Origin: an uncultured Verrucomicrobiae bacterium
Lineage (GTDB): Bacteria; Verrucomicrobiota; Verrucomicrobiia; Chthoniobacterales; UBA10450
Direction: 5' to 3'
NCBI GenBank assembly: GCA_963756875.1
Contig: CAVWPA010000003.1
Location: 544,001 to 608,000 of the forward strand
DNA length: 64,000 nt
The position numbers were made by a program, and so were the translations under genes. Positions 38,443 through 48,214 of this stretch are shown here, one piece after another. The notes under the pieces were generated by a model, which was not told the origin of the DNA, did no database searches, and worked only from the letters and a program-made list of their open reading frames with translations. The number at the start of each line of letters is the position of its first letter. Positions within the stretch are counted from its first letter, which is position 1.

Positions 38443-39780
38443 ATGAATCCGGCGATCGAAGAAGGCCGGCATCGTGTTTCGCACGAGAACCATCTGACAT
38501 GGCTCGCCTTCGGAGCCGCTGCGCCGGCGATTGTCGTCGTCCTTATCATTCTTTGGTTTGGGGATTACAGCGCCAAGGTGCAATGGACGCTGACCCTTCT
38601 CATTATCGGCTCCTTTGTGGGATTCATCGCCAGCGCTCGCGAACGTCTCGTTCGTCCGCTGCAAACAATGACGAATCTCCTGGCGGCGCTGCGGGAAGGA
38701 GACTATTCGATCCGCGCGCGCGGCGCGCGAGACAACGATGCTCTTGGCGAGGCGCTCCTTGAAATCAATTTGTTAGGCGAAACGCTGCGCGTGCAGCGAC
38801 TTGGCGCATTCGAAGCGACCGCGCTGCTTCGCACGATCATGGCGGAGATCGACGTGGCAGTATTTACCTTCGATCCCGACCGGCGCCTGCGCTTGGTGAA
38901 TCGCGCCGGCGAACATTTGCTCGGGCATCCCATGGACAAACTGCTCGGCCGCAACGCAGACCAGCTGGGACTCGCGATTTGCCTGGATTCGAACGAAGAC
39001 GCGCCGCTCACGTTGAATTTTCCCGGCGCGTCCGGGCGGTGGGGTGTTCGACGAAGCACTTTTCGCGAACACGGCTTGCCGCATGAGTTGCTGGTGCTCA
39101 CCGATCTCAGCCGCACCTTGCGCGAAGAAGAACGCAGCGCGTGGCAGCGGCTCGTTCGCGTGCTCGGACACGAAATGAACAACTCGCTGGCGCCGATCAA
39201 ATCGATCGCTGCCAGCCTGGAGACACTTCTTCAACGTCAACCGCCGCCGGTCGACTGGCAGGACGATGCGCGCAGCGGCTTGAAGTCGATTGCTGCGAGA
39301 GCAGGCGCGCTGAGCCGTTTTATGGAAGCGTACGCCAGGCTGGCGCGTTTGCCCCCGCCGCAAAAAGAAGACATCGATCTTGGAGAACTCGTTCGGCGGG
39401 TGGTGAATCTGGAGCCGCGTTTGCGAGTGAATGTTTTACCGGGTCCGGAAGCAAGAATCAGCGCCGATGCTGCTCAGATCGAGCAGGCATTGATCAATCT
39501 CGTGCACAACGCGGTCGATGCGTCACTGGAAACTGGCGGCAAAGTTTCGATGGGCTGGCGCGCGAACGGAGACTGCGTGGAAGTTTTTATCGACGACGAG
39601 GGTCATGGAATCATGAACCCGACCAATTTGTTCGTTCCGTTTTTCACAACCAAACCGGAAGGGTCCGGCATCGGTCTGGCGCTCAGCCGCCAGATTGCGG
39701 AAGCGCACGGCGGTTCGCTCAGCGTCAGCAACCGCCTCAATCGCGCCGGAGCGGAAGCGCTGCTTCGGATTCCTCGTTAG
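38443..39780 (+). CDS. Sensor histidine kinase (2 TM, HAMP/PAS-like)
   Basis: WQRLVRVLGHEMNNSLAPI (H box), NLVHNA, D.G.G, FVPFFTTK, GSGIGL. Alternative start at 38356. Confidence 0.93.
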   Translation: MNPAIEEGRHRVSHENHLTWLAFGAAAPAIVVVLIILWFGDYSAKVQWTLTLLIIGSFVGFIASARERLVRPLQTMTNLLAALREGDYSIRARGARDNDALGEALLEINLLGETLRVQRLGAFEATALLRTIMAEIDVAVFTFDPDRRLRLVNRAGEHLLGHPMDKLLGRNADQLGLAICLDSNEDAPLTLNFPGASGRWGVRRSTFREHGLPHELLVLTDLSRTLREEERSAWQRLVRVLGHEMNNSLAPIKSIAASLETLLQRQPPPVDWQDDARSGLKSIAARAGALSRFMEAYARLARLPPPQKEDIDLGELVRRVVNLEPRLRVNVLPGPEARISADAAQIEQALINLVHNAVDASLETGGKVSMGWRANGDCVEVFIDDEGHGIMNPTNLFVPFFTTKPEGSGIGLALSRQIAEAHGGSLSVSNRLNRAGAEALLRIPR

Positions 39781-39824
39781 AGCAAAAATAGGAGACGCTC
39801 TGCGCAACGAGCGCCTCTAGAACA

Positions 39825-39862
39825 GTCCCAAAAGCGGGACGAAGGAGTCCCGCAACTGGAGC
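39825..39862 (+). promoter_or_regulatory. Putative bEBP enhancer (two 16-bp quasi-palindromes, 22 bp apart)
   Basis: GTCCCAAAAGCGGGAC (39825, perfect GTCCC/GGGAC arms) and GTCCCGCAACTGGAGC (39847). Confidence 0.7.
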
Positions 39863-39938
39863 AGTTTTTCTAACATCGTTTTTTTGATCATGTTGTAAAC
39901 TGCTTATGTTCAATTATTTGTGACTTTGTTTTGTGCGG

Positions 39939-39954
39939 TGGCACGCGCATTGCA
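39939..39954 (+). promoter_or_regulatory. Sigma-54 promoter (-24/-12)
   Basis: TGGCAC-GCGCA-TTGCA, consensus match, preceded by an AT-rich tract. Confidence 0.85.
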
Positions 39955-40032
39955 ATAGGGAGCGCGCGACAGGAAAAACTTGAATCCAATCAGTCACCGA
40001 GACGCATCTTAAAAGAACAAAGCATTATTAAT

Positions 40033-40323
40033 ATGAAACCCGTTTCACTCATTCAGAACAGCCAGCAGGACGCGAATCGCCGCTTTCCGGTGATCGACCG
40101 CAATTATCACGCGCTCGAGCTTGGCGAATTCAAATCGCGCTGCGCCGGAACATTGCCTTCCTCTTTCGCACAGATTAGCTGCAACTATTTTAACGTCGAA
40201 GCGCGCCGCCATTTTCTCATCGAAGGCGTTTTGTTTGCCATGATCGCGGTCACGGCGATGCCCGCGATTTGGGATTGCGGTCGCGCGATTATCCAACTGC
40301 TGCGCGCGGTCGGTGGAATGTGA
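40033..40323 (+). CDS. Small single-TM membrane protein, 96 aa (microprotein family copy C)
   Basis: ATG at 40033 (MKPVSL…) after a sigma-54 promoter; gapless similarity to 4703-4933 and 36654-36869. Confidence 0.68.
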   Translation: MKPVSLIQNSQQDANRRFPVIDRNYHALELGEFKSRCAGTLPSSFAQISCNYFNVEARRHFLIEGVLFAMIAVTAMPAIWDCGRAIIQLLRAVGGM

Positions 40324-40416
40324 TGTAGCGGAAACTCAACCCCGATGGCAAATCCCGAAAGAAAAACGGAAAATACGATTGTGCGGCCCACCGGGTTCAC
40401 CTCGAACTTGTCCTCG

Positions 40417-41670
40417 ATGGACATTCCCCGTCCTGATGTTGCTGCCAAAAAGCGCAAGCGCCGGATTATCACGATCGCCGCGGTCGCAGTCGGGGTCATT
40501 CTTGCCACGATTGGTTTGTCCCGGTTAAAGCCCGCTGTGCCGACGGTCGAGCGTTCGACAGTCTGGATCGATACGGTGAAGCGCGGTCCGATGGTGCGAC
40601 AGGTCCGCGGACTCGGGACGCTCGTTCCGGAAGAAATTCGGTGGATACCGGCGAATACAGAGGGGCGCGTGGAAAAAATTGTGGTGCGGCCGGGAGCGCA
40701 CGTGGAGCCGGACACGGTGATTCTGGAAATGAGCAGCCCGGAATTGGAACAGGCGGCACATGACGCCGAACTGCAATTAAAGGCCGCGGAATCAGAACTG
40801 GTCACTTTGCGTGCGACGCTGCAACGCGGGTTGCTCGACCAGGAAGCGACAACGGCCAAGGCCAAATCGGATTACGAACAGGCGAAGATGGAGCGCGAGA
40901 CCGATGACCAGCTGGCGAAGAACGGTCTGATCGCAGTGCTTCAATATAAAACGGCGCAAGTAAAGGAGGCCGAGCTGAAGAACCGGGAAGATATCGAGGA
41001 GAAGCGCCTCAGCTTTGCCCGGGACTCAATCGATCCACAGCTCGCATCCAAGCAGGCGGCGGTCGATCAAGCTCAGGAGCTGGCCAAGTTGAAGGCCGAC
41101 CAGGTGCAAGCGTTACACGTGCGCGCCGGCATGTCCGGAGTTTTACAGCAGTTGCCTGTTGACGTTGGGCAGCGAGTGAAAAGCGGTGACAATCTCGCCC
41201 GCGTTGCCGATCCAACAAAACTCAAGGCACAAATCAAGATCGCGGAAACGCAGGCCAAGGATATTCAGATAAGCCAGAAGGCCGTCATCGACACGCGAAA
41301 CGGAGTCGTGGATGGGCATGTGATTCGCGTGGACCCCGCGGTCGAACAGGGAACGGTCACTGTCGATGTTGCAATTGACGGCAAACTGCCCAAAGGGGCG
41401 CGCCCTGATTTGAGCGTCGACGGCACGATCGAGCTGGAACGTCTCAACGATGTCGTCTACGTCGGTCGCCCGGCTTTCGGACAGGAGAACAACACGGTCG
41501 GCATGTTCAAAATTGTCCCTGGCAGTAACGAAGCCGTTCGCACCCCGGTGAAACTGGGCAAGAGCTCGGTCAACACGATTGAAATTTTAAGCGGTCTCCA
41601 ACCAGGCGACCAGGTGATTTTATCCGACACCAGCGCGTGGGACTCCCACGAACGCATCCGACTCAATTAA
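40417..41670 (+). CDS. HlyD/MacA-family periplasmic adaptor (membrane fusion protein)
   Basis: MDIPRP, N-terminal TM, VRGLGTLVP, EGRVEKI, coiled coil, ARPDLSVDG.IE, GL.PGD.VI. Alternative start at 40345. Confidence 0.92.
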   Translation: MDIPRPDVAAKKRKRRIITIAAVAVGVILATIGLSRLKPAVPTVERSTVWIDTVKRGPMVRQVRGLGTLVPEEIRWIPANTEGRVEKIVVRPGAHVEPDTVILEMSSPELEQAAHDAELQLKAAESELVTLRATLQRGLLDQEATTAKAKSDYEQAKMERETDDQLAKNGLIAVLQYKTAQVKEAELKNREDIEEKRLSFARDSIDPQLASKQAAVDQAQELAKLKADQVQALHVRAGMSGVLQQLPVDVGQRVKSGDNLARVADPTKLKAQIKIAETQAKDIQISQKAVIDTRNGVVDGHVIRVDPAVEQGTVTVDVAIDGKLPKGARPDLSVDGTIELERLNDVVYVGRPAFGQENNTVGMFKIVPGSNEAVRTPVKLGKSSVNTIEILSGLQPGDQVILSDTSAWDSHERIRLN

Positions 41671-41724
41671 TCGCGTCCAGTAACACCCAACTCACAATCA
41701 GAAACCAAAACCATCCATACCAAC

Positions 41725-42423
41725 ATGAACAACGGATCAACTCCTCTTATTCATCTCGAAAACGTCACCAAGGTTTTCCTAACGGACGAAGTGGAAACGC
41801 ACGCGCTTTCGGGGATTCACCTGGACATTCGCCCCGGCGAATATATTTCCATCGCCGGACCGTCCGGCTGCGGTAAATCGACGCTGTTGTCGATCCTCGG
41901 CCTGCTCGACGCGCCGTCGGACGGCAGTTATTCGCTCAAGGGCCACGAAGTCGCGAACCTTTCGTTTCCCGATCGCGCGCGCATTCGTAATCGAGAGATC
42001 GGTTTCATTTTTCAAAGTTTCAACCTCATCGGGGATCTGACCGTTTACGAGAACGTCGAGCTGCCGTTGACCTATCGCGGGATGTCCGCGGGCGAACGCA
42101 GGCAGTACGTGACGGAAGCGCTCGACCGCGTCGGAATGGGCCATCGGGCCAAACATTTGCCGAGCCAGCTTTCCGGCGGTCAGCAACAGCGCGTGGCTGT
42201 GGCCCGCGCGCTGGCGGGGAAGCCGGCAATTCTTCTGGCCGACGAGCCAACCGGCAATCTCGATTCGCGGAATGGCGAGGCCGTGATGGAGTTGTTGAAG
42301 GAACTGCACGCCGTCGGCGCGACGATCTGCATGGTCACACACGATGAGCGCTTTGCTCAGCATGCCGACCGCACAGTGCATTTGTTCGACGGTCGCGTGG
42401 TGGAGGACAGGATTGCAGCGTGA
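41725..42423 (+). CDS. ABC transporter ATP-binding protein (MacB/LolD-like)
   Basis: GPSGCGKST, LSGGQQQR, ADEPTGNLD, VTHD. Confidence 0.95.
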   Translation: MNNGSTPLIHLENVTKVFLTDEVETHALSGIHLDIRPGEYISIAGPSGCGKSTLLSILGLLDAPSDGSYSLKGHEVANLSFPDRARIRNREIGFIFQSFNLIGDLTVYENVELPLTYRGMSAGERRQYVTEALDRVGMGHRAKHLPSQLSGGQQQRVAVARALAGKPAILLADEPTGNLDSRNGEAVMELLKELHAVGATICMVTHDERFAQHADRTVHLFDGRVVEDRIAA

Positions 42424-42438
42424 GAATTCCCGCCCCAC

Positions 42439-45027
42439 ATGATTCGGGATTTCAAATTTGCGCTGCGGCAGCTTTTTAAAGCACCGGCGTTTACGATTGC
42501 GGCGGTAATCGTGCTCGCGCTCGGGATCGGCGCGAACACCGCCGTTTTCAGCCTCGTAAATACGCTTTTCTTTGCTCCTCCCTCATACGCGAAGCCGCAT
42601 GAAATGGTGCAGCTCTTTTCTCAGAACAAGAAAAACCCCAAAACATTTCGCGGTTTCTCCTACCCCACGTACCAGGATATCCGCGCGCAAAATACGGTCT
42701 TCAGCGATGTGCTGAGCTTCAATCTGGCATTGGTCGGTTTGGGCCAGAAAGGCGACACGCGGCGCGCATTCGCCGCCATTGTCAGTTCAAATTACTTTTC
42801 GGTTCTTGGGGTGCCATTGGCGGGGGGCCGGGCGTTTTTGCCGGAAGAGGAAACGCCCGGTCGCAACGCGCCGGTCGCGATTGTCAGTTACAATTACTGG
42901 CAGAAGCACGATCTCGATCCGGCGGTACTCGGCTCGCAGTTGCTGATCAACGGCCAGCCGTTCACGATCGTCGGAATCGCCCCCAAAGGGTTCACCGGCA
43001 CGATGCAGGTTTTCTCGCCCGAGGTCTGGCTGCCACTCGGCGTTTACGATCAGATTCAGAACGATTTTGCTTCCGACAACCAAACGGGACTTGCGGATCG
43101 CAAAGGAACGCAATTGCTGATTTTGGGCCGGTTTAAGCCGGGGATGACCGCAGCAACCGCAAAGCCGGCGCTTGAAGGGTTGGCCGCGAACCTGGAGAAA
43201 ACGTATCCCGTCGAGCAAAAAAATCAGACGTTCATCACACGGCCCGTGTCGCGGAATTCGGTGAGCACGAATCCATCCCCCGCGGGCGGATTGAGCTCGA
43301 TTGCGCCGCTGCTCCTCGGAATGGCAATCGTGGTGCTGCTGGTGGCGTGCCTGAATCTTGCAAACATGCTGCTGGCGCGGGGCACGGCACGGCGCAAGGA
43401 AATCGCCATCCGGCTCGCGCTCGGCGGCAGCCGTCTATTGATCGTGCGCCAGCTGCTCATCGAAGGTTTTGTGCTGGCGTTGCTCGGCGGCATCGGGGGC
43501 CTTTTGATTGGACTTTGGTCGTCCGATCTGTTGGTTGGTTCGCTGCGCAGGCTGATGCCGCTCGACATGGTCTGGCTGAACGGGCCCAACCCCGCGGTGC
43601 TGGCGGCGACATTTGGATTTTGTTTGTTAGGCACTCTTCTCTTTGCGCTGGGGCCGGCGTTAAAAATTTCGCGCAGCACGGTGGCAGCCGACTTGAAGGA
43701 ACATGCCGGCGAGGATGTTGTCCGCCGCCGCTGGAAATTTCTCCCGCGCAACCTGCTCGTCGTCGTGCAGATCGCATTTTCCCTCGCGCTGCTTACCGCC
43801 GCAGCGTTGTTCATCCGTGGCGCGGGCAAAGCCGCGTCCGTCGATACCGGACTGAAACCCGGCGCAAGTTACCTTATGGAAGTCGATGCCAGCCTGGCCG
43901 GTTACGCCCCAAAGCGCGCAGAGGAACTTTATCAGCGTTTAAGCGAGCGACTCGCTGCGTTGCCGGGAGTGGAACACGTGAGCATCTCCACAACCGTTCC
44001 GTTCGGCATGATTTCGCTGGATCGGCATATCCAGCGCGCCGGATTCCGTCCCGGACCCGACGCCAAGCCGGCCACCGCTGCTGAAGGCCTCGCCTTTGAT
44101 GCGGACTGGGACAGCGTGGGCGCGGACTACTTCTCGACTGTCGGTTTGCCCGTGATTCGCGGTCGCGCATTTACCGAAGCCGAAGCAACGCAGCCTGGCC
44201 CGAAGGTGGCGATCATCGACGAAGTTCTGGCAAAGAAGCTTTGGCCGGACGGCGATGCTCTTGGACAACGCGTCCAGTATGCACGCGACAACGCGCCAGT
44301 GTCCCAGCGGGACGGATCGGCGGGGGTGGGAATGAATGCGGACCTTGGCGAAGACAAGAAAAAGGGCGAGACGATTGAAATCATCGGCATCGTGCCTGCG
44401 ACGCGACACCAATTATTCGAGAAAGACCCAGGCGGTGCGATTTATTTGCCATTTGCGCGCGGATTCCAAAGCGACGTTAACTTCTTCGTCCGATTTCGCC
44501 CGACCATTGCGAGAAATGAGGCTGCCACCGCCGACTTGTTACGACGCACTGTGCGTGAGGTTGATCCCGCGATCCCGATTCTTTCTTTAAAAACATTCGC
44601 GCGGCATCTCGATTCGAACCTGGAACTCTGGGTTGTACGCGCCGGGGCAACACTGTTTTCCATCTTTGGCGCACTCGCCCTTGGTCTGGCGGTCGTTGGT
44701 CTCTACGGCGTCAAAGCATATTCTGTTGCCCGTCGAACACGAGAGATCGGGATTCGCATGGCGCTGGGCGCGAAGCCGGCAGCGGTTTTGCGGCTGATTA
44801 TGACGGAGGGCTCCATCATGCTTTTGAGTGGCGTTGCGATCGGCCTTCTTCTGGCCATGGCAACCGGCAAGGTGCTTAGCGGAATGTTATACGAGGTCGG
44901 CGCGCTCGATCCCGTCGCCTTTACCGCCGCGCCTCTCGTGCTTGCCGCCGCAGCACTCGTCGCCACCTGGCTGCCGGCCCGTCGTGCGGCCGCGTTGAAT
45001 CCGATCGAAGCGCTTCGTTACGAATGA
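42439..45027 (+). CDS. ABC transporter permease, duplicated MacB/FtsX (ADOP-type)
   Basis: Same duplicated permease motifs; ends NPIEALRYE. Confidence 0.93.
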   Translation: MIRDFKFALRQLFKAPAFTIAAVIVLALGIGANTAVFSLVNTLFFAPPSYAKPHEMVQLFSQNKKNPKTFRGFSYPTYQDIRAQNTVFSDVLSFNLALVGLGQKGDTRRAFAAIVSSNYFSVLGVPLAGGRAFLPEEETPGRNAPVAIVSYNYWQKHDLDPAVLGSQLLINGQPFTIVGIAPKGFTGTMQVFSPEVWLPLGVYDQIQNDFASDNQTGLADRKGTQLLILGRFKPGMTAATAKPALEGLAANLEKTYPVEQKNQTFITRPVSRNSVSTNPSPAGGLSSIAPLLLGMAIVVLLVACLNLANMLLARGTARRKEIAIRLALGGSRLLIVRQLLIEGFVLALLGGIGGLLIGLWSSDLLVGSLRRLMPLDMVWLNGPNPAVLAATFGFCLLGTLLFALGPALKISRSTVAADLKEHAGEDVVRRRWKFLPRNLLVVVQIAFSLALLTAAALFIRGAGKAASVDTGLKPGASYLMEVDASLAGYAPKRAEELYQRLSERLAALPGVEHVSISTTVPFGMISLDRHIQRAGFRPGPDAKPATAAEGLAFDADWDSVGADYFSTVGLPVIRGRAFTEAEATQPGPKVAIIDEVLAKKLWPDGDALGQRVQYARDNAPVSQRDGSAGVGMNADLGEDKKKGETIEIIGIVPATRHQLFEKDPGGAIYLPFARGFQSDVNFFVRFRPTIARNEAATADLLRRTVREVDPAIPILSLKTFARHLDSNLELWVVRAGATLFSIFGALALGLAVVGLYGVKAYSVARRTREIGIRMALGAKPAAVLRLIMTEGSIMLLSGVAIGLLLAMATGKVLSGMLYEVGALDPVAFTAAPLVLAAAALVATWLPARRAAALNPIEALRYE

Positions 45028-45050
45028 CCGGCTGAGATCGACATCGTTTT

Positions 45051-47528
45051 ATGCTGAACGAGATCAAGGTTGCGCTGCGCGGGTTGCTGAAAAGCCCGGG
45101 GTTCTGCGCAATTGCGATCGCCACACTGGCCCTGGCCATCGGCGCGAACAGCGCTGTCGTGAGCCTGGTCAATGCGCTGCTCGTTAGGCCATTGCCGTAC
45201 GAAAATCCCGCAAAACTGGTTTTGATCTGGGAACAGTTCAAGGCCCAGGGGCTGGAACGCATTCCGGTATCGGCGCCGGAGTACGTCGATCTTGAACATG
45301 AATTTGGAAAATGCGCGCAGCTCGCGGCCTTTGATTACCGTAGCTTCAACCTTGGCGGGGGAGGCAGGCCGGAGAGAATTTCCGGTGCCGCCGTGTCGCC
45401 GGCATTGTTTCCACTCCTCGGTGTGGAACCCGTTGCCGGGCGGACGTTTGCCCGGGAGGAACAAGGCCTGGGTCGCGACGACGTCGTTGTGATCGGCCAG
45501 CGGCTCTGGAAACGGCGATTCAACTCGGATCCGGATCTAATCGGCAAATCTCTGCTGCTCAACGGCCGCAGTTACACCGTGATCGGAGTAATGCCGGCAA
45601 GTTTTGAATTCCCGATTCCGCTTTTTGGCGTTCAAGGCAATCAATTCGCCGAACGCGTCGATATCTGGAAGCCCGTGGCGTTTACTCAAACCCAACTGAA
45701 GAATCGCGGGAATCGCAATTACGGCGTGATCGCCCGCTTGCGCGATGGAATGACGGTCAAGCGAGCGCAAGCGGAGCTCGACAGCTTGATTAGCAACTGG
45801 CGCCGCCAATACCCCGACAATTACGGAAGCGGAGAAAGTTTCGGGGCGAAGATTTATCCGTTGTCGGACCAGGTGATTGGAGGAATGCGGGTGGGCCTTG
45901 GGATCCTGCTTGGCGCGGTCGTGTTCGTTTTGCTTATTGCCTGCGCCAATATGGCGACAATGTTGTTGGCTCGTGCCAGCGCGCGCGAACGCGAACTGGC
46001 CATCCGTGTCGCCCTCGGCGCCGGCCAGTGGCGACTTTTGCGGCAAATGCTCACCGAAAGTGTTCTGCTCGCCGTCGGCGGCGGTATCGCAGGCGTGCTT
46101 CTTTCGCTTTGGGGAATTGAATTTTTGAAACGTGCCGGGGCGCGCACCGTGCCGCGTCTCGACCAAGTCGGCGTCGATCCCACCGTGCTCGTGGTAATGG
46201 CCGCCGTTGCTATTGGGACCGGAATTTTGTTCGGACTGCTTCCAGCTTTGGCGAGTTCGAAACCGGAGCTCACGGAAGCGCTAAAGGAAGGTGGCCGGGG
46301 TTCGAGTTCCGGCCCGCGCCGCAATCGCATCCGTAATACCCTGGTGGTTGCCGAAATCGCGCTCGCGCTCGTGCTGCTGATTAACGCGGGCCTCCTGATG
46401 AAGAGCTTTTCCCGGCTGCAGTCCGTCAATCCTGGGTTTAATCCGCACAACGTGCTGACAATGGAAATCTCGCTGCCGCAACTCAAGTATCCGTCGCCGG
46501 GAGCTTCTTATTTGGGAACGGGAACGACGATCAGCTTTTTTACCGAGGCAAACAGGCGCATCGCGAAACTGCCCGGCGTGGAAGCCAGCGCAGCAACAAA
46601 CGTTCTCCCGATGAGCGGGACGAACACCGATTCCTCCTTCGAAATTGAAGGACGCATTACCAGCGGCGGCGGCCCCGGTCCGGACGAGGAAATTCGAACG
46701 ATCACGCCCGACTATTTCCGCGTTCTGCAAACGCCGCTTTTGCAAGGGCGCTTCTTCAACGACGCGGACACGGCCGGTTCGCCGCCGGTGGTCATTGTGA
46801 ACCGCGCGCTGGCCCGAAAATATTTCCCGAACGGCAATGCCCTTGGGAAACACATCACGCTTGATGATCCGCGCCACAATCCACGATGGATCACAATTGT
46901 GGGCATTGTCGGCGACATCAGGCACCGCGGGCTTGATGTCGATCCACAACCGGAATATTACCTGCCGCACACGCAGATGCCCGCGCGCGGCATGATCCTT
47001 GTCGCGCGCAGCACCCAGGATCCCCGTTCGCTGGCCTCCGCGATTCGCCGCGAGATTCAATCAATCGACCCGGATGAGCCAGTCGCGAATATCCGCACAC
47101 TGGACGCCGTCGTTTCCGATTCTCTCGCGCCCCGCCGGCTGGCAGTGATGCTTCTCGGTGCGTTCGCAGCCATCGCGTTGTTGCTTTCGGCCGTCGGCAT
47201 CTATGGCGTGATTTCGTATCTGGTCGTGCAGCGCACTCACGAGATCGGTGTGCGCATGGCGCTGGGCGCACAGCGCCAAGATGTGCTCCGTCTCGTGGTC
47301 GGGCATGCCGCAAAACTTGTCGGAATCGGCACGGTCCTCGGGTTGATCCTCGCGCTTCTCTCCAGTCGGGTGGTGGCCACGTTGCTTTACGGCGTTGGCG
47401 CGTTCGATCCGGTGACAATCGCACTTTTCACCGTTGCGCTCATTTCGGTGGCGCTGCTGGCAAGTTACATCCCGGCCCTTCGCGCCACGCGGGCCGACCC
47501 CATGATCGCACTCAGTCACACCAACTAA
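45051..47528 (+). CDS. ABC transporter permease, duplicated MacB/FtsX (ADOP-type)
   Basis: Same motifs; ends ADPMIALSHTN. Confidence 0.93.
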   Translation: MLNEIKVALRGLLKSPGFCAIAIATLALAIGANSAVVSLVNALLVRPLPYENPAKLVLIWEQFKAQGLERIPVSAPEYVDLEHEFGKCAQLAAFDYRSFNLGGGGRPERISGAAVSPALFPLLGVEPVAGRTFAREEQGLGRDDVVVIGQRLWKRRFNSDPDLIGKSLLLNGRSYTVIGVMPASFEFPIPLFGVQGNQFAERVDIWKPVAFTQTQLKNRGNRNYGVIARLRDGMTVKRAQAELDSLISNWRRQYPDNYGSGESFGAKIYPLSDQVIGGMRVGLGILLGAVVFVLLIACANMATMLLARASARERELAIRVALGAGQWRLLRQMLTESVLLAVGGGIAGVLLSLWGIEFLKRAGARTVPRLDQVGVDPTVLVVMAAVAIGTGILFGLLPALASSKPELTEALKEGGRGSSSGPRRNRIRNTLVVAEIALALVLLINAGLLMKSFSRLQSVNPGFNPHNVLTMEISLPQLKYPSPGASYLGTGTTISFFTEANRRIAKLPGVEASAATNVLPMSGTNTDSSFEIEGRITSGGGPGPDEEIRTITPDYFRVLQTPLLQGRFFNDADTAGSPPVVIVNRALARKYFPNGNALGKHITLDDPRHNPRWITIVGIVGDIRHRGLDVDPQPEYYLPHTQMPARGMILVARSTQDPRSLASAIRREIQSIDPDEPVANIRTLDAVVSDSLAPRRLAVMLLGAFAAIALLLSAVGIYGVISYLVVQRTHEIGVRMALGAQRQDVLRLVVGHAAKLVGIGTVLGLILALLSSRVVATLLYGVGAFDPVTIALFTVALISVALLASYIPALRATRADPMIALSHTN

Positions 47529-47529
47529 T

Positions 47530-48198
47530 ATGATCAAGCTGCGCCGAGTCGAACGTTTCCATCCGCTGGCCAAGGGGAAATTCTTTTATGTCCTGCGCGA
47601 CATCAACATCGACATCGAGGAAGGCGAATTCGTTTCCGTCATGGGGCCGTCCGGCGCCGGGAAATCGACGCTGCTCCACATCCTCGGAATGCACGACCAC
47701 GGTTGGAGCGGCGAGTATTTTCTGGGCGAAACGGCGGTCCATCCGCTCAAGGCAAAAGAGCGAGCAGCGCTGCGCAACGAGCAGATCGGATTTGTGTTTC
47801 AGCAATATCATCTGCTCGATGACCTCACCGTTTACGAAAATCTCGATATCCCGCTCTCGTATCGCAAGGTAGGCAAAAAGGAGCGGGAAAGCCTGGTCGC
47901 AGACACGCTGGACCGTTTTCAGATTGTCGGGAAAAAGGATCTGTATCCGAGTCAATTGTCCGGCGGACAGCAACAACTCGTCGGAGTAGCGCGCGCCATC
48001 ATCGCCAAGCCCAAACTTTTATTGGCTGACGAGCCGACTGGAAATCTCCACTCGAGCCAGGGCGAAGAGATCATGAATTTGTTCAAAAGATTGAACGCTG
48101 AAGGCACCACCATCGTGCAGGTGACCCATTCGGAAAAGAACGCCGCTTACGGCAACCGGATCATCCAATTGCGCGACGGCTGGATTGTGGAGAAGTAA
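47530..48198 (+). CDS. ABC transporter ATP-binding protein (second copy)
   Basis: GPSGAGKST, LSGGQQQL, ADEPTGNLH, VTHS. Confidence 0.95.
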   Translation: MIKLRRVERFHPLAKGKFFYVLRDINIDIEEGEFVSVMGPSGAGKSTLLHILGMHDHGWSGEYFLGETAVHPLKAKERAALRNEQIGFVFQQYHLLDDLTVYENLDIPLSYRKVGKKERESLVADTLDRFQIVGKKDLYPSQLSGGQQQLVGVARAIIAKPKLLLADEPTGNLHSSQGEEIMNLFKRLNAEGTTIVQVTHSEKNAAYGNRIIQLRDGWIVEK

Positions 48199-48214
48199 AG
48201 AAAGGACAAATCGT

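Noticed and set aside
36654..40323. Microproteins as RiPP precursors exported by the ABC array
   Set aside because: No radical SAM, YcaO, LanM or other maturase in the window, and the peptides look like TM helices rather than leader-core precursors.
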